From Thermoanaerobaculia bacterium (GTDB taxonomy: Bacteria > Acidobacteriota > Thermoanaerobaculia > Multivoradales > Multivoraceae), in NCBI GenBank assembly GCA_963664405.1, contig OY761158.1, positions 4,804,556 to 4,868,555 on the forward strand: 64,000 nucleotides of DNA, written 5' to 3'. The notes below the pieces were generated by a model. It did not search any database. It had not been told where the DNA came from and was given only the letters and a program-made list of their open reading frames with translations. The position numbers and the translations under genes were made by a program. Shown here piece after piece: positions 10,101 to 20,530 of this stretch. Numbering within the stretch: the first letter of the stretch is position 1; every line of letters begins with the position of its first letter.

Positions 10101-10160
10101 AGGCGCTATCGATCACCCGAGGCCGAGCGCCTTTTCAGCGTTGAGTTCGAGCTCGCGTGA
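7143..10160 (+). CDS. SNF2-family helicase with ~400-aa coiled-coil-rich C-terminal extension (alternative start 7209)
   Basis: [15 protein letters not shown] (motif I), DLVIIDEAH (II), [16 protein letters not shown] (III) and helicase-C [41 protein letters not shown] (V/VI). GTGA overlap with the next gene. Confidence 0.8.
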   Translation: [1005 protein letters not shown]

Positions 10161-11314
10161 CCAACCAGGAGACAGAAGACGTGGCTCTCAAGCTTCTCCA
10201 CACCGCCGACTGGCACCTCGGTCGCCGCTTCCCCATGTTCAACGAAGACCAAGAGCGGGGGCTGACGCGCGCTCGCCGCGACGTCGTCGGGCGGATTCTC
10301 GATCTCGCTGAGAGTCGCGGCGTCGATGCTGTCCTCTGCGCCGGGGATCTCTTCGACGAGCCTGCACCCGCCGAGGAGTGGTGGAGCGCCGTGCTCGACG
10401 AGCTCCGCTCACGCAGTGACTGGACCAGGCCCGCCTTCCTTCTGCCAGGCAACCACGACCCGCTCCTCCCCAACTCCGTCTATCAGACCGGGCATCCCTT
10501 CCGCGAAAGCCTGCCAAGCTACGTGCACGTCATCGATCGAGAGGACTACGAATTCCAGATCTCGGACCAAGCCGTTCTCTACTCCACCCCCTGCCGCTCT
10601 CATGCGGGCCAGCTAGACCCGACAGCGCGCATTCCCATGCGCGAACCCGGCGACGAACGCATCCGCATTGGCTTGGTACACGGCCAAACCTTTGACATGG
10701 AAGGGCACCAGACCAACTTCCCCATCGATCCGCAAGCCGCGAAGGAGCGAGGCCTCGACTATCTCGCCCTCGGCGACACCCACGCCTTCCGCGAGCTCCA
10801 GAACGCGGGAGAGCCTCCTGTCGTCTACCCAGGGGCTCCGGAACAGGCAAAGTTTGGTGAAACGGACACTGGCCACGTAGCAGTTGTCTTCTTCCCACTC
10901 GATCGGGGCCGCTTCGCATTAGTCGAGAAGCAGGCCGTTGGCGCCTGGCAGTGGCGTGAGCAAACTTGCTCATCCATTGAGGAGCTCCGCTCCCTGCGTA
11001 ACGACGACACTCTCAGAAAGTGTGTTCTGCGACTCCAGGTCAACATGACCGCTCCGCTGAAGGAGTACGACGAGGCCGAGCGAATCCTAAGAGAGTTGGA
11101 GGGCTCCCTCTCGGCACATCCTCGGGTCGGTGTCCTCGAGGTCGATCGGAAGAGTCTCCGACTCGAGAGCCCGAGCATCGACGACTTCCCCGAGCTCCCT
11201 CCGGTCCTCCAGTCCGTCGTTGAGCGTTTGAACGCTCGTGCCGGCCAAGAGCCCGAGAAAGCCGAGCGTGCTCTTCACTACCTATATGAGCTGGTGAAAG
11301 GGAGTAGCGCCTGA
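10157..11314 (+). CDS. SbcD/Mre11-family calcineurin-like phosphoesterase (YhaO-like)
   Basis: LLHTADWHLG, GDLFD, GNHD, LVHGQ and ALGDTH phosphoesterase motifs I-V. TGATG overlap with the next gene. Confidence 0.8.
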   Translation: MTNQETEDVALKLLHTADWHLGRRFPMFNEDQERGLTRARRDVVGRILDLAESRGVDAVLCAGDLFDEPAPAEEWWSAVLDELRSRSDWTRPAFLLPGNHDPLLPNSVYQTGHPFRESLPSYVHVIDREDYEFQISDQAVLYSTPCRSHAGQLDPTARIPMREPGDERIRIGLVHGQTFDMEGHQTNFPIDPQAAKERGLDYLALGDTHAFRELQNAGEPPVVYPGAPEQAKFGETDTGHVAVVFFPLDRGRFALVEKQAVGAWQWREQTCSSIEELRSLRNDDTLRKCVLRLQVNMTAPLKEYDEAERILRELEGSLSAHPRVGVLEVDRKSLRLESPSIDDFPELPPVLQSVVERLNARAGQEPEKAERALHYLYELVKGSSA

Positions 11315-14300
11315 TGTGGCTTCGGAAGCTCCATGTGCGCTCTTTCGCCGGCATCAAGGAGGCAGAAGTCAACCTCGAACCAAACCTCAACGTTCTCTAC
11401 GGGCCCAACGAGCTCGGCAAGTCGACTCTCCTGCAGGCGATCCGAGCGGCCCTGCTTCTGCCCCACAGCTCCGCCAGGCACCGACCCTTCATCGATTGGC
11501 ATGACGACCGGCCGCCCAGAGTCACCCTTACTTTCGAGACGGAGGAGCAGCGCATCTGGAGGGTGCAAAAGAGCTTTGGAGCCGGCGCCGACGGCTCGAG
11601 CCTCCTCGAGTTCTCGCGCGACGGCCTGAGCTTTAGTCTCGACTGCAAAGGCCGCGAAGTCGATGGCAAGCTCCGCGAGTTGCTCAGTTGGGGCGCCGGC
11701 TCCCCCGGCGGCAGCAAGGCACGAGCCGCAGGCTGGCCCGACACCTTTCTCAGTACCGCTCTGCTTGGATCACAGGATGAAGTTTCTGCGATTCTCGACA
11801 AGGGGCTGGAAGGCGACCTCGACGAATCGGGCAAAGACCTCATCGCGCGCTCTCTCCAAGCAATCGCGGAAAGCCCCGTGTTCAGAAGCGTTCTCGAGAG
11901 AGCTCAGGAGAAAGTTGAGAGGGCCTACACGGCCACAGGGAAAAAGAGCAGAGCGAAGGGCTCGCCCTGGATGGGAAGCCAGGAGCGCATCAGGCTCCGC
12001 CAGGAGTCTCTGGAGAGTATTCAGCGCCTTGCCGACAACAGCAGCGCGGCGAAGCTCGAGATGGAGAAACTGCAAGAGCTGCTTCAACAAGCGGAGCTGG
12101 AGCAGAGCGAGGCTGCTGGCGGGCTCCAGGAGATAGAAACCGCTCATTCACAACAGGAGGCTTGGGTCGCCGCGTCCCGACTCCTCGCCGCGGCGACCGA
12201 AGAACGCGATCGCATCCTCGGTCTTCACAAGGCAGTCGAGACGACCCAGGCTGAGATCGATCAGGCAAAGAGCGAATTCTCCATCGCCGAGGAAACAAAG
12301 AAGGGTGCCGAAGCGGACCTCCTCGCCGCACAAACGGAACACCAGCAGGCTAGGCAAAGAATCCTCGATCTCGAGAGTGACGATGTTGAGCAGAAGCGCA
12401 AGATTCGCAGGCAAGAGATCGAAAAGAGCGTCCTCGAGCTGGAAGGTAGGCAGAAAGACGCCCAGCGCGAGGTGGAGCTCGCGAAAGACGCCCTAGCTAA
12501 GGAGCGCGAAGTCAGTGAGCTGGGAAGCCGCATCTCAAGCTTAGAGAAGCAACTGTCTGAAGCCCGATCCCTCGTTGAAACCGCGCGAACGGAAATCAAG
12601 AAGGAGAGGCAAGAGCTCAGCGAGATGACGCTCTACGAGAAGCTCCGCGCCTACCAATCGTCTAGCCAAGCCCTCACGAGCGCCAACAAGGCCAGAGACA
12701 ACGCAGCAGAGCTCCGCACCCAAGCTGGGGCCATGAAAGACAAGGCTCGTACCTTCCGCAGCGAGGTGGCAGCCCTCGGTCTGCCAACCGATGACGCCCT
12801 CCGCGAGTTGGCAGCGTTAGAACGGGAGCTCGAAATCGCAGAGGCGAAGGTTCAGATCGAGCTCTCTCTTCTCATTCGCCCTCTTCGTGAAATCGAGATC
12901 AGTATCGACACCGGCGATCGCCCCACAGAAACCCGTAAGATCAGCAGCCCGGAGACGTTCGAAGCCCAAGGTGTTCTCCGTGCTCAGATCGGCGACGCGG
13001 CAGATATCGAAGTATCCGGCGGCAACGCCGATCAGCGCCAGGAGGCAGCCGACGCTAGACTACGATGGGAGAGGACCTCAGCACCCCTTTTCGAGAAGTT
13101 CGGAGTCTCGACCCGGGTAGATCTCGAGAGTAGCTGCCGCTCGGAGAGCGAGAAACTAGTCGAGGTCGAGCGGATCGAAGGAGAGGCCGCAAACCTGGAG
13201 GCAAGAGCCGAAGGGCTCGGGCATGCCGGAAGCCAACTGGAAGAGCTGGAGGCCAAGGCGGAGACCTCCAAGCGATCCTTGGAGCTCGCCCTTCCAGAGG
13301 GGATTGCTCTCGAAGAGCTCGAATCGCGCTTCGAGGGAGTCGAGCAGGGCGAGCTTGATCGACAAGAGCTGGAAGACCGAATCGCTACCAAGGAAGAGCA
13401 GGCGCAGATCCTAGAAACGAAGATAGCGGTGGACGAGGGACAGCTCGAATCCCAGAAGGAGGAGCTCGAAGCTCAGAAGCGTGAGAGCGCCGAAGCCCGC
13501 GACAAGTTACCCGACGATCCACAGAAGGTGTTCGAGCGAGCGACGTACTTACTCGGGGAGTACGAGAAAAACCTCCAGGCGGACTCCGCCGAGCTCGAGG
13601 TCCTCGATGGCTTCGCCGAGACTGAGACGGCCGAGGCACGCGTGGCGCAGGACTCTGCTTCCAAAGCCGTTGAGACTGCTAACGAATGTGCGCGATCGGC
13701 AGACAGCGCCAGAAATGCGGCCAAGCAACGGGTCGACAGCCTGGAAGGAGAGCTCCGCGCTCGTGAGGCAGCCGCGGAAGTGGAGGACATGACCGCCTCA
13801 CTAGCACTCGTCGAGGATAGAGAGAAGGCGCTCGCCGACCTGCCAGAATCTACGTCCCAGGTCGACGAGGAACAGCTCACCTACGCCAGATCAGAGGTTG
13901 AGCTTGCAAAGAAGGAGCTCGACAGGTTGCGGCAAGAATTCAGCAAGCAAGAGGGCGCTCTCGAGCAGGTGGGGGGCCAGTACGTCGACGAGAAGACGTC
14001 GGAAGCCGAGGAAGCTCTCATCGCCGCCACGAGAGAAGAGCAGGACGTCGAGCTCGAGTACGCCTCCTGGCAACTACTGCTCGAAACGCTCAAAGAGGCA
14101 GAAAGCGAAGACGCCGTCCATCTCGGTAACTCCCTTGTCGTCCCCATCAGCGAGAACATGAAAGAGCTCACCCGCGGGCGCTACGACAAAGTCTCGCTCG
14201 GCCCCAAACTCTCCGGCACGTCGGTCTCGCTCGACGGCTCGGATCGAGAGCTCGATCTCCTCTCGATCGGCACTCGCGATCAGCTCGCCACCCTCATCCG

Positions 14301-14547
14301 CCTCGCCGTTGCCCAAGCGGTAAAGAGTGCCCTCGTACTAGATGACCAGCTCGTCCAAAGCGACCCCAAGCGTATGGAGTGGCTGACTGAGCTCATGTAC
14401 AAGTGCGCCGATGACTTCCAGGTAGTCGTGTTCACCTGCCGGCCGGAAGAGTACGAGCTACCGAACCAGACAGCGAGAGCCAACTGGGTGAACCTCGAGA
14501 AAGTCGTGGAAAGAACGCAGCCCTTGCAACTCGAGACATCCGAGTAG
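11314..14547 (+). CDS. SbcC/Rad50-like SMC-family ATPase (YhaN-like), 1077 aa
   Basis: N-terminal Walker A VLYGPNELGKSTLLQAI. ~800 aa of E/K/A/L-rich coiled coil. C-terminal signature/Walker B region LSIGTRDQLATLIRLA...ALVLDDQLV. Confidence 0.75.
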   Translation: MWLRKLHVRSFAGIKEAEVNLEPNLNVLYGPNELGKSTLLQAIRAALLLPHSSARHRPFIDWHDDRPPRVTLTFETEEQRIWRVQKSFGAGADGSSLLEFSRDGLSFSLDCKGREVDGKLRELLSWGAGSPGGSKARAAGWPDTFLSTALLGSQDEVSAILDKGLEGDLDESGKDLIARSLQAIAESPVFRSVLERAQEKVERAYTATGKKSRAKGSPWMGSQERIRLRQESLESIQRLADNSSAAKLEMEKLQELLQQAELEQSEAAGGLQEIETAHSQQEAWVAASRLLAAATEERDRILGLHKAVETTQAEIDQAKSEFSIAEETKKGAEADLLAAQTEHQQARQRILDLESDDVEQKRKIRRQEIEKSVLELEGRQKDAQREVELAKDALAKEREVSELGSRISSLEKQLSEARSLVETARTEIKKERQELSEMTLYEKLRAYQSSSQALTSANKARDNAAELRTQAGAMKDKARTFRSEVAALGLPTDDALRELAALERELEIAEAKVQIELSLLIRPLREIEISIDTGDRPTETRKISSPETFEAQGVLRAQIGDAADIEVSGGNADQRQEAADARLRWERTSAPLFEKFGVSTRVDLESSCRSESEKLVEVERIEGEAANLEARAEGLGHAGSQLEELEAKAETSKRSLELALPEGIALEELESRFEGVEQGELDRQELEDRIATKEEQAQILETKIAVDEGQLESQKEELEAQKRESAEARDKLPDDPQKVFERATYLLGEYEKNLQADSAELEVLDGFAETETAEARVAQDSASKAVETANECARSADSARNAAKQRVDSLEGELRAREAAAEVEDMTASLALVEDREKALADLPESTSQVDEEQLTYARSEVELAKKELDRLRQEFSKQEGALEQVGGQYVDEKTSEAEEALIAATREEQDVELEYASWQLLLETLKEAESEDAVHLGNSLVVPISENMKELTRGRYDKVSLGPKLSGTSVSLDGSDRELDLLSIGTRDQLATLIRLAVAQAVKSALVLDDQLVQSDPKRMEWLTELMYKCADDFQVVVFTCRPEEYELPNQTARANWVNLEKVVERTQPLQLETSE

Positions 14548-14700
14548 ACTCCTAACAGTCCCTGGAACCCAAGTGAGAGTGCCCGATGTATTCAGGCGCT
14601 ATCCACCGAATGGGCTCAGATCTCGCGTATCTCAGGTCGCCGGTGCATCCTGAAGGCACTGTCAAGTTGGCCTCGGTCGAGATAAGCTTCGGCTTGTTGA

Positions 14701-14952
14701 ATGTCCGTCGGCTCGGAGTCAGTGGGCACACGTCACCTGCGCACGACCAATCCAATTGAGTCGACCTTTGCGACCGTCAAGCTGCGCACCAAGAGGACCA
14801 AAGGGTGCGGCAGTCGAACCGCTTGCCTCACCATGGTCTTCCAGCTCGCCAGGTCCGCCGAAAGGCGATGGCGAGCTCTCAATGCAGCCAGCCTCTTACC
14901 TGATGTCTTACGAGGAACCGAGTTCGTCGATGGAGTAATACAAGCCGCCTGA
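14701..14952 (+). pseudogene. C-terminal fragment of a mutator-type (IS256-family-like) transposase, bracketed by IS6-type inverted repeats at 14655-14670 and 14970-14986
   Basis: LRTTNPIESTFATVKLRTKRTKGCGSRTACLTMVFQLA matches the mutator TTNxIESxN...K..G.F motif region. No N-terminal part is present. Confidence 0.4.
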
Positions 14953-14960
14953 CTCGAACC

Positions 14961-15166
14961 TCAGAGCACAACTTTTGACAGTATCTCGGTGGGAATTGCA
15001 CCCACTGAGAATCGCCGGCTTTTCACGGCGCACCAGAATCGGTAGTAGAGCCAGACGGCATAGCTGATGATGTCGGGCGGGAACCGGTGGCCGCGGTAGC
15101 TGGTTTGTCGCTCATCATCGGTCCAGTCCGACGGCGACCGCCTCAACTTGACAATGCCAGCGACGT
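14961..15166 (-). mobile_element. Solo 5' end (~200 bp: IR plus first ~55 codons of the transposase) of an IS6-family element
   Basis: YRGHRFPPDIISYAVWLYYRF is an IS6/IS26-type transposase N-terminus. Terminal IR GGCATTGTCAAGTTG (as RC) at 15150-15164. Confidence 0.5.
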
Positions 15167-15826
15167 GGCCGAGGTGCCATACAGGCCTTGGGAGGAGCCG
15201 AGCCGCCGTTGCGGGTAACCAATAGCGCTAAAGCAACCGGCCTTGGGAGCGGGAGTGTGCGTTGCCCACCGACTCAGCCCAGACGCGTCACGCTTTTAGC
15301 GCCGAAAGGTACTCGCCCTGAGGTGCCAGCGCCTATGCGGGTTCAAGCTCGGTAGGATCCGTGATGAACAGGCGAAGCTGCCTGCGCAGGCGCGGGAAAC
15401 ACCTCGACGGTTCGTCGAACGAGAGAGCCACTACCTCTGGGGAAGGCGCTCTTTGCTCTCTGTTTGGAAAGAAGAGGCGAAGCCCTTCTGGTTCGTGACT
15501 TCCGATAGCCGATCTGCACCGGCCGGGCAAGATAGGATGGGCAGCGTCGAATGGAATACCTTACCCCCTATCAAGCACCGTCGACTCCTGGGCGATTCAT
15601 GGACATCACACTCCGCGAAGCGTGCCCTCCTCTGGAAGACGCCCAGCCAGTTTCGCGTTCCTTCCGCAACCTCCAGGCAAACCGCGAGCACATCCACATG
15701 ATGGTGGTAGGAGGGCATGAGTCCACTCGCTAGTCGCACCTACTCGAACGCCTCTTGCGAGAGAGGGTGGCCCCCAGGCCTGCCGTCGACTGACGTGCCC
15801 CTTCCCGGCTCCATAGAGGGTCGTCC

Positions 15827-18774
15827 ATGACGGAACCAGGGACCGACCCGGACCGCGAGAAGGGAATCTCGCTATACAAGTTTCTTCTCGAGTTGACCAG
15901 ACTTCGTACGAGGGTCGTCCACTCGATTGACGATTACCCGACGAGGACGATTTTCTTGGGAGATGTGCCGATCGACCATCGGTGTCGCTCCGGCCTATGG
16001 GTTCGTGAGGGACTGCCAGAGGATGGTCGGCAGGACTTGCTCCCGCGGGCCGATGACTGCTGGCTGGAAGTCGACAAGCCGGACTTGGCGCCCCCTCCGA
16101 AACCGAGTGAGAGCCTCCGGCCCTGGATTGTTGAAGAGCAACTTCACGATTCGAAACTGGACTTCCCCGAACTGCGAGCGGAGCGGCTGTTACTCGACGA
16201 GAACGGCGACGCGACAACGATCGAGCTGAGCAACGAACCGGGTGTCGAGGATGACTGGAACCACTTTGTTGAGGAAGAGTGGTGGCCCTGGGCCGCGCGA
16301 GATCGACGGCTACGACCCCTTCAAGATCTCTATGCCAAGCTCTTCTCAATTCACCAGGCGCTTGGTCTCGAGGGGGAGCGGTACGAGCTCCTTGTCGGAC
16401 AGGGCCTGCTCGCCTGGAAGTCGGCTGGCGGTCTCGATGTAAAGAGGCATCTTCTTGTTGCGTCGGCTGCGATTCAGCATGACGCCGACCGCGGCATCAT
16501 CACGGTGGGCCCCGCCGGCGACGGCCCTGACCTGCGTCTTGAAGAAGAGATGGTCCCGCCAGAGCAGCGTCCGTCCGTGTTGGGCCGAGGCGATGTCGAC
16601 GACCTTCGGCAGTCGGTTGGGGACCAGATCTTCACACCGGTCCCGGTCGATCGCCTCCTTCGGACCTGGGTACAGGACGCGGATGCTGCCGGCCAATACT
16701 CCGAGTCCCTTTCTCCACCTCCGCGCAGTGCGGAACCGATCGTCCACCTTGCACCCGCACTCGTGCTGCGTGAGCGAACCGACCGTTCCTTCCTTAGAGC
16801 TTTCGAAGAGATCCTCGAACAGCTTGAGGCGGGCGAGCCCGTTCCTGAGGGGCTGAAGCGTTTCGTAACCGCCGCCGATGCATGGAATCCAGGTTCAGGG
16901 GGCAGCCCCTCGGGAGGGAGTGCCGCGGGGAGCTCGGAGATCTACTTCCCCCTCCCCGCAAACGCTGAACAACGCGAGATCGTAGATCGCCTTGGCCGCC
17001 GGCCAGGTGTCCTCGTTCAAGGGCCCCCAGGCACCGGTAAGTCCCACACGATCGTCAATCTAATCTGCCACCTCCTTGCGACCGGTCAAAGGGTTCTGGT
17101 GACGAGTCACACGGCCCGTGCCCTGGCTGTTATTCAGAGACTGCTGCAGAAACGAGTCGCGGTGATCGCGCCTCTTGCCGTCGTCGCCATGGGCAACGAC
17201 CGTGACTCTCTTGAGGCGATGGAAGGGTCTGTCCAGGGCATCACCAGTCGTCAGAATTCTTGGGACCCTAGGGTTGCGCAGCGCACAATCGAATCTCAGG
17301 TAGAGAGGCTCGACGAAGCTCGCCGGCTCAAAGCTTCCACGCTGACGCGACTGAGGGAATTACGTGAGCAGGAGACTCTGCGTCAGGGGTTGCGCTTCGG
17401 CTCCTACAGCGGGACTCTCGGGCAGATTGCATCGCAGCTTCGCTCCGAGGAGGAGGAACTTGGCTGGTTGGCGGAAGCCGTTGGCGGCGAGGCCTCTCCC
17501 CTCTTAGCACCGCAGAGTTCGGCCGGCTTCTCGGGCTTCTCCGCTCTCCAGCCATCGACGCTGCAGAAGAGAGGGGGGTCGAAACCTCAGACCCTTCGGC
17601 TCTCCCGCGCCCCGAGGATCTGCAGAGACTCGCTGAACTCGAGCAAGAAGCTGAGCTAGCTGACCAGGCAGTCGAAGGGCTGCACTCGCATCCCGTGTTC
17701 GCGCCGCTTGCGAGTCTTGAGGACGAAGACCGAAAGTCCGTAGGTACGAAGCTCGAGACGCTCCTTGACGGTGCGAGGCTGGTGGGGAACCACCTCCAAG
17801 AATGGACCGAGCACGCCGTTCACCAGGTCCTTGGTGACCGCGATCGGGTCTGGCGACAGCTACTCGCGGCGACAGAATCGCACCTGAAGCGGATTGGAGA
17901 CCGTGCGCCCTGGGCTGATGAGAACCCAATGCTCGAGGGTACGGGGCGCCACCCGGACGCAATCGCTTCTGATACGCGAGAGGTGATTAAGCACTTCGAG
18001 GCCGGAAAAGGTTGGGGCCTTGGTCCGTTCGCCAGATCTCGGATCAAGGCCTGCCGCTATCTTCGGGAGGTGAGGATCGGAGGGCGTCCCTGTCGTGCAC
18101 TTGAGAGTCTTCGTGACCTCGCCTCTTGGCTTGATGTCGACCGTGAATGCCGCGACCTGAACCTTCTCTGGCGCGAGCACACGAATCTCTCTGGGAAGCC
18201 TTTCTGTGTTCAGGTCTCGGAGTATGGGGACCTCTGCGAACCTCTGGCCTCGGTGCTCGATCTCTACGAAGTACGCGATGAGGCCCGTGCCGCTTATCAG
18301 AAACACGGTTTGGCTGAACCGACGTGGCACGACCTCAAAGATGTGGAGGGCCATCTGTCAGCACTGCGGGCCGCAGATGCTCGGGCTCGGAGGGAAACAG
18401 TTCGCCAGCGAGCAGGGGACCTCCGAGGCCGCCTCCAGACTGTGCGAGCCGTGGGCAAGGCGCCTTCAGAGGTGGGTAGTCTGCTTAGCGCCTTCGAGGA
18501 GCGGGACGTTCGCGCCTTTCGAGAGGCGAGGGAAGCGCTGGAAAGACTGCACGGGCTGTTGCTCGAAGCCGATGAGCGGCGAGCCCTACTCGACCGACTG
18601 CGATCTGCGCTTCCTGAGACCGCGGCCCAGCTCGAGGCGACCTTCCATGACGAGCCGTGGTCCCGCCGGGCTCAGACCCTGGAGAGGGCCTGGCGGTGGG
18701 GAGCCTGCCGAGCATGGGTGAGAGTGAGCACGATAATCGATGGGAATGTTGGCCATTCTGAGCACGGTAGGTGA
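15827..18774 (+). pseudogene. N-terminal ~980 aa of a giant DUF4011/AAA_11 (Upf1/DNA2-like SF1) helicase. Frameshifted near 17500-17600 and interrupted downstream by IS256.
   Basis: Walker A VQGPPGTGKSHTIVNLICHLLATGQRVLVTSHT. The frame switches between ORF 15827-17659 and ORF 17695-18774 (...LAELEQEAELADQAVEGLHSHPVFAPLAS continues in the other frame). Confidence 0.65.
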
Positions 18775-18827
18775 GGGAAGGGTGTTTGGTCCCTCAAGTA
18801 GTGTGCTCAAGACTAGGTCCGTCGGCA

Positions 18828-20242
18828 TCATCCCCGCCGAAGGCGGGCCGTCGGGGATCCGTCCCGAATGCTGTGGAAATTGAGAATGGCGTAACCTCCT
18901 AGTGGTCAAACACATCGCCGGTTAGGGCGAACGGAGGATTACGCCATGGTGGAGAATATCAACGAGGAAGGGGAAGCTGCACGCTTCCGTCAGGACATTC
19001 GTTCGTTGTTACGCGAGCGTGTTCGTGCGGCGATCGAGATCACACTCGAGGAAGAGCTGTCCGAGGCGCTGGGCTGCAGCGCCTACGAGCGTTCAGGCGA
19101 GCGTGCGGGCTATCGCAACGGCAAGCAGCGTCGTCTGATCACGACGGCGTGTGGGTCGAAGGAACTGGACATTCCACGAGGACGGCTAGTCGGCGAGGAT
19201 GGGGCCAGCGTAGAGTTTCGCAGTGCGATCGTGCCGCGTTACGCTCGTCGTACGCAGGAGGTCGATGACGCGATCCTGGGTGCGTATCTGGCTGGCGCTA
19301 ACAGCCGCCGGATCAAGAAGGCATTGGCTCCGCTGCTGGGTGAGGAGCACCTGTCCAAGAGCGCAGTTTCGCGTGTGGTGTCTCGGCTGAAGGAGCTTTT
19401 TGCTCGCTGGAGTGAGCGCGATCTGTCGGAGGAGTCCTACGTGCTTCTGTTTCTCGATGGCTTTCACCTGAAGGTCCGCTTGGCCCGTCGAGTGGTCTCG
19501 GTACCGGTGCTGGTGGTGCTGGGTGTGACTCCGGACGGCACCAAGGTGCTGGTGGCCTTACGTTTAGCCGCGAGCGAGGCCGCCGAGCACTGGAAGTGGC
19601 TGATCGAGGATCTGAAGGCCCGAGGTCTTCAGGCTCCGCGCTACCTGGTCACGGATGGCCACAAAGGGCTGGCCGCGGCGCTGAAGGCTTGGCCTGAGGT
19701 CAAAGTCCAGCGCTGCGTCCAACACAAGTGGGAGAATCTGAAGAAACACTGCCCGGTGCACGCACACGACGAGCTGCGGCGTGACTGGCACTCGATCGTA
19801 CGAGCCGAGGACGCGGCACAGGCCCGCAAGGCCTACGCGGCGTTCGTCACCAAGTGGTCGCGACTAGTCCCGGCGGTGGCTCGCAGCCTTGAGGAGGCAG
19901 GGTTCCAGCTACTGACCTTCTACGAGCTCCCCAAATCGCTGTGGAGTTCGGTGCGCACGACCAACGCTCTGGAGAACCTGAACCGCGAGTTTCGTCGCCG
20001 CACTAAAACCCAGGGCTCCTTTGCCACCGAGGCTGCCGGCGTCACGCTCCTCTGGGGGCTCGTCGCCTTCGGGCAGATACACCTGCGAAGGATTAACGGC
20101 TACCGGGCGCTTCAGCTCCTGCTCGAGGTTGAGAGGGCCGCGTAAACGGTAGGATTTAGCAAAAGACGACTCGGAGGACTACGCCTGAACCCATTTCCAC
20201 AAAAAACGGGACACATCCGCCGTCGGGGCCTGACGCGCAGTC
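18828..20242 (+). mobile_element. IS256-family insertion sequence (~1.4 kb) with imperfect ~35-bp terminal inverted repeats, inserted in the giant helicase gene
   Basis: Left end ...GTCCCGAATGCTGTGGAAATTGAGAATGGCGTAACCTCC. The reverse complement of the right end reads GTCCCGTTTTTTGTGGAAATGGGTTCAGGCGTAGTCCTCC. Transposase ORF lies inside. Confidence 0.7.
18946..20145 (+). CDS. IS256-family (mutator-type) transposase
   Basis: DDE region LLFLDGFHLKV...LVTDGHKGL...RTTNALENLNREFRRRTK. 399 aa. Confidence 0.85.
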   Translation: MVENINEEGEAARFRQDIRSLLRERVRAAIEITLEEELSEALGCSAYERSGERAGYRNGKQRRLITTACGSKELDIPRGRLVGEDGASVEFRSAIVPRYARRTQEVDDAILGAYLAGANSRRIKKALAPLLGEEHLSKSAVSRVVSRLKELFARWSERDLSEESYVLLFLDGFHLKVRLARRVVSVPVLVVLGVTPDGTKVLVALRLAASEAAEHWKWLIEDLKARGLQAPRYLVTDGHKGLAAALKAWPEVKVQRCVQHKWENLKKHCPVHAHDELRRDWHSIVRAEDAAQARKAYAAFVTKWSRLVPAVARSLEEAGFQLLTFYELPKSLWSSVRTTNALENLNREFRRRTKTQGSFATEAAGVTLLWGLVAFGQIHLRRINGYRALQLLLEVERAA

Positions 20243-20530
20243 CATACTTGTTCTTTCGCTGATCACGCTGAACGAGGGCTGACACGCAGCGATGGGATGA
20301 ACGGCACGCTATCTGATGGGCGATCGAGGCGGTTCGCCGAGCTTCCATCGCGCTTGGGCCCCTGGTTGCGCCCTCAGATACCTTGAACGGAACACCCATT
20401 CCCACCAGACAACGTGATCGGGTTTCCTCGAATCGCCATCAAATACTGTGAACAAGACCGTCTGAGGCAAGTGGCAGCGAAACGCAGCTTCGGCTAAGTC
20501 CTTCAAAAGGCTACGCGACCATCACTTATC

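Noticed and set aside
15606-16349. 247-aa Arg/Ser-rich ORF on the minus strand
   Set aside because: Overlaps the 5' end of the giant helicase gene antisense. Low-complexity.
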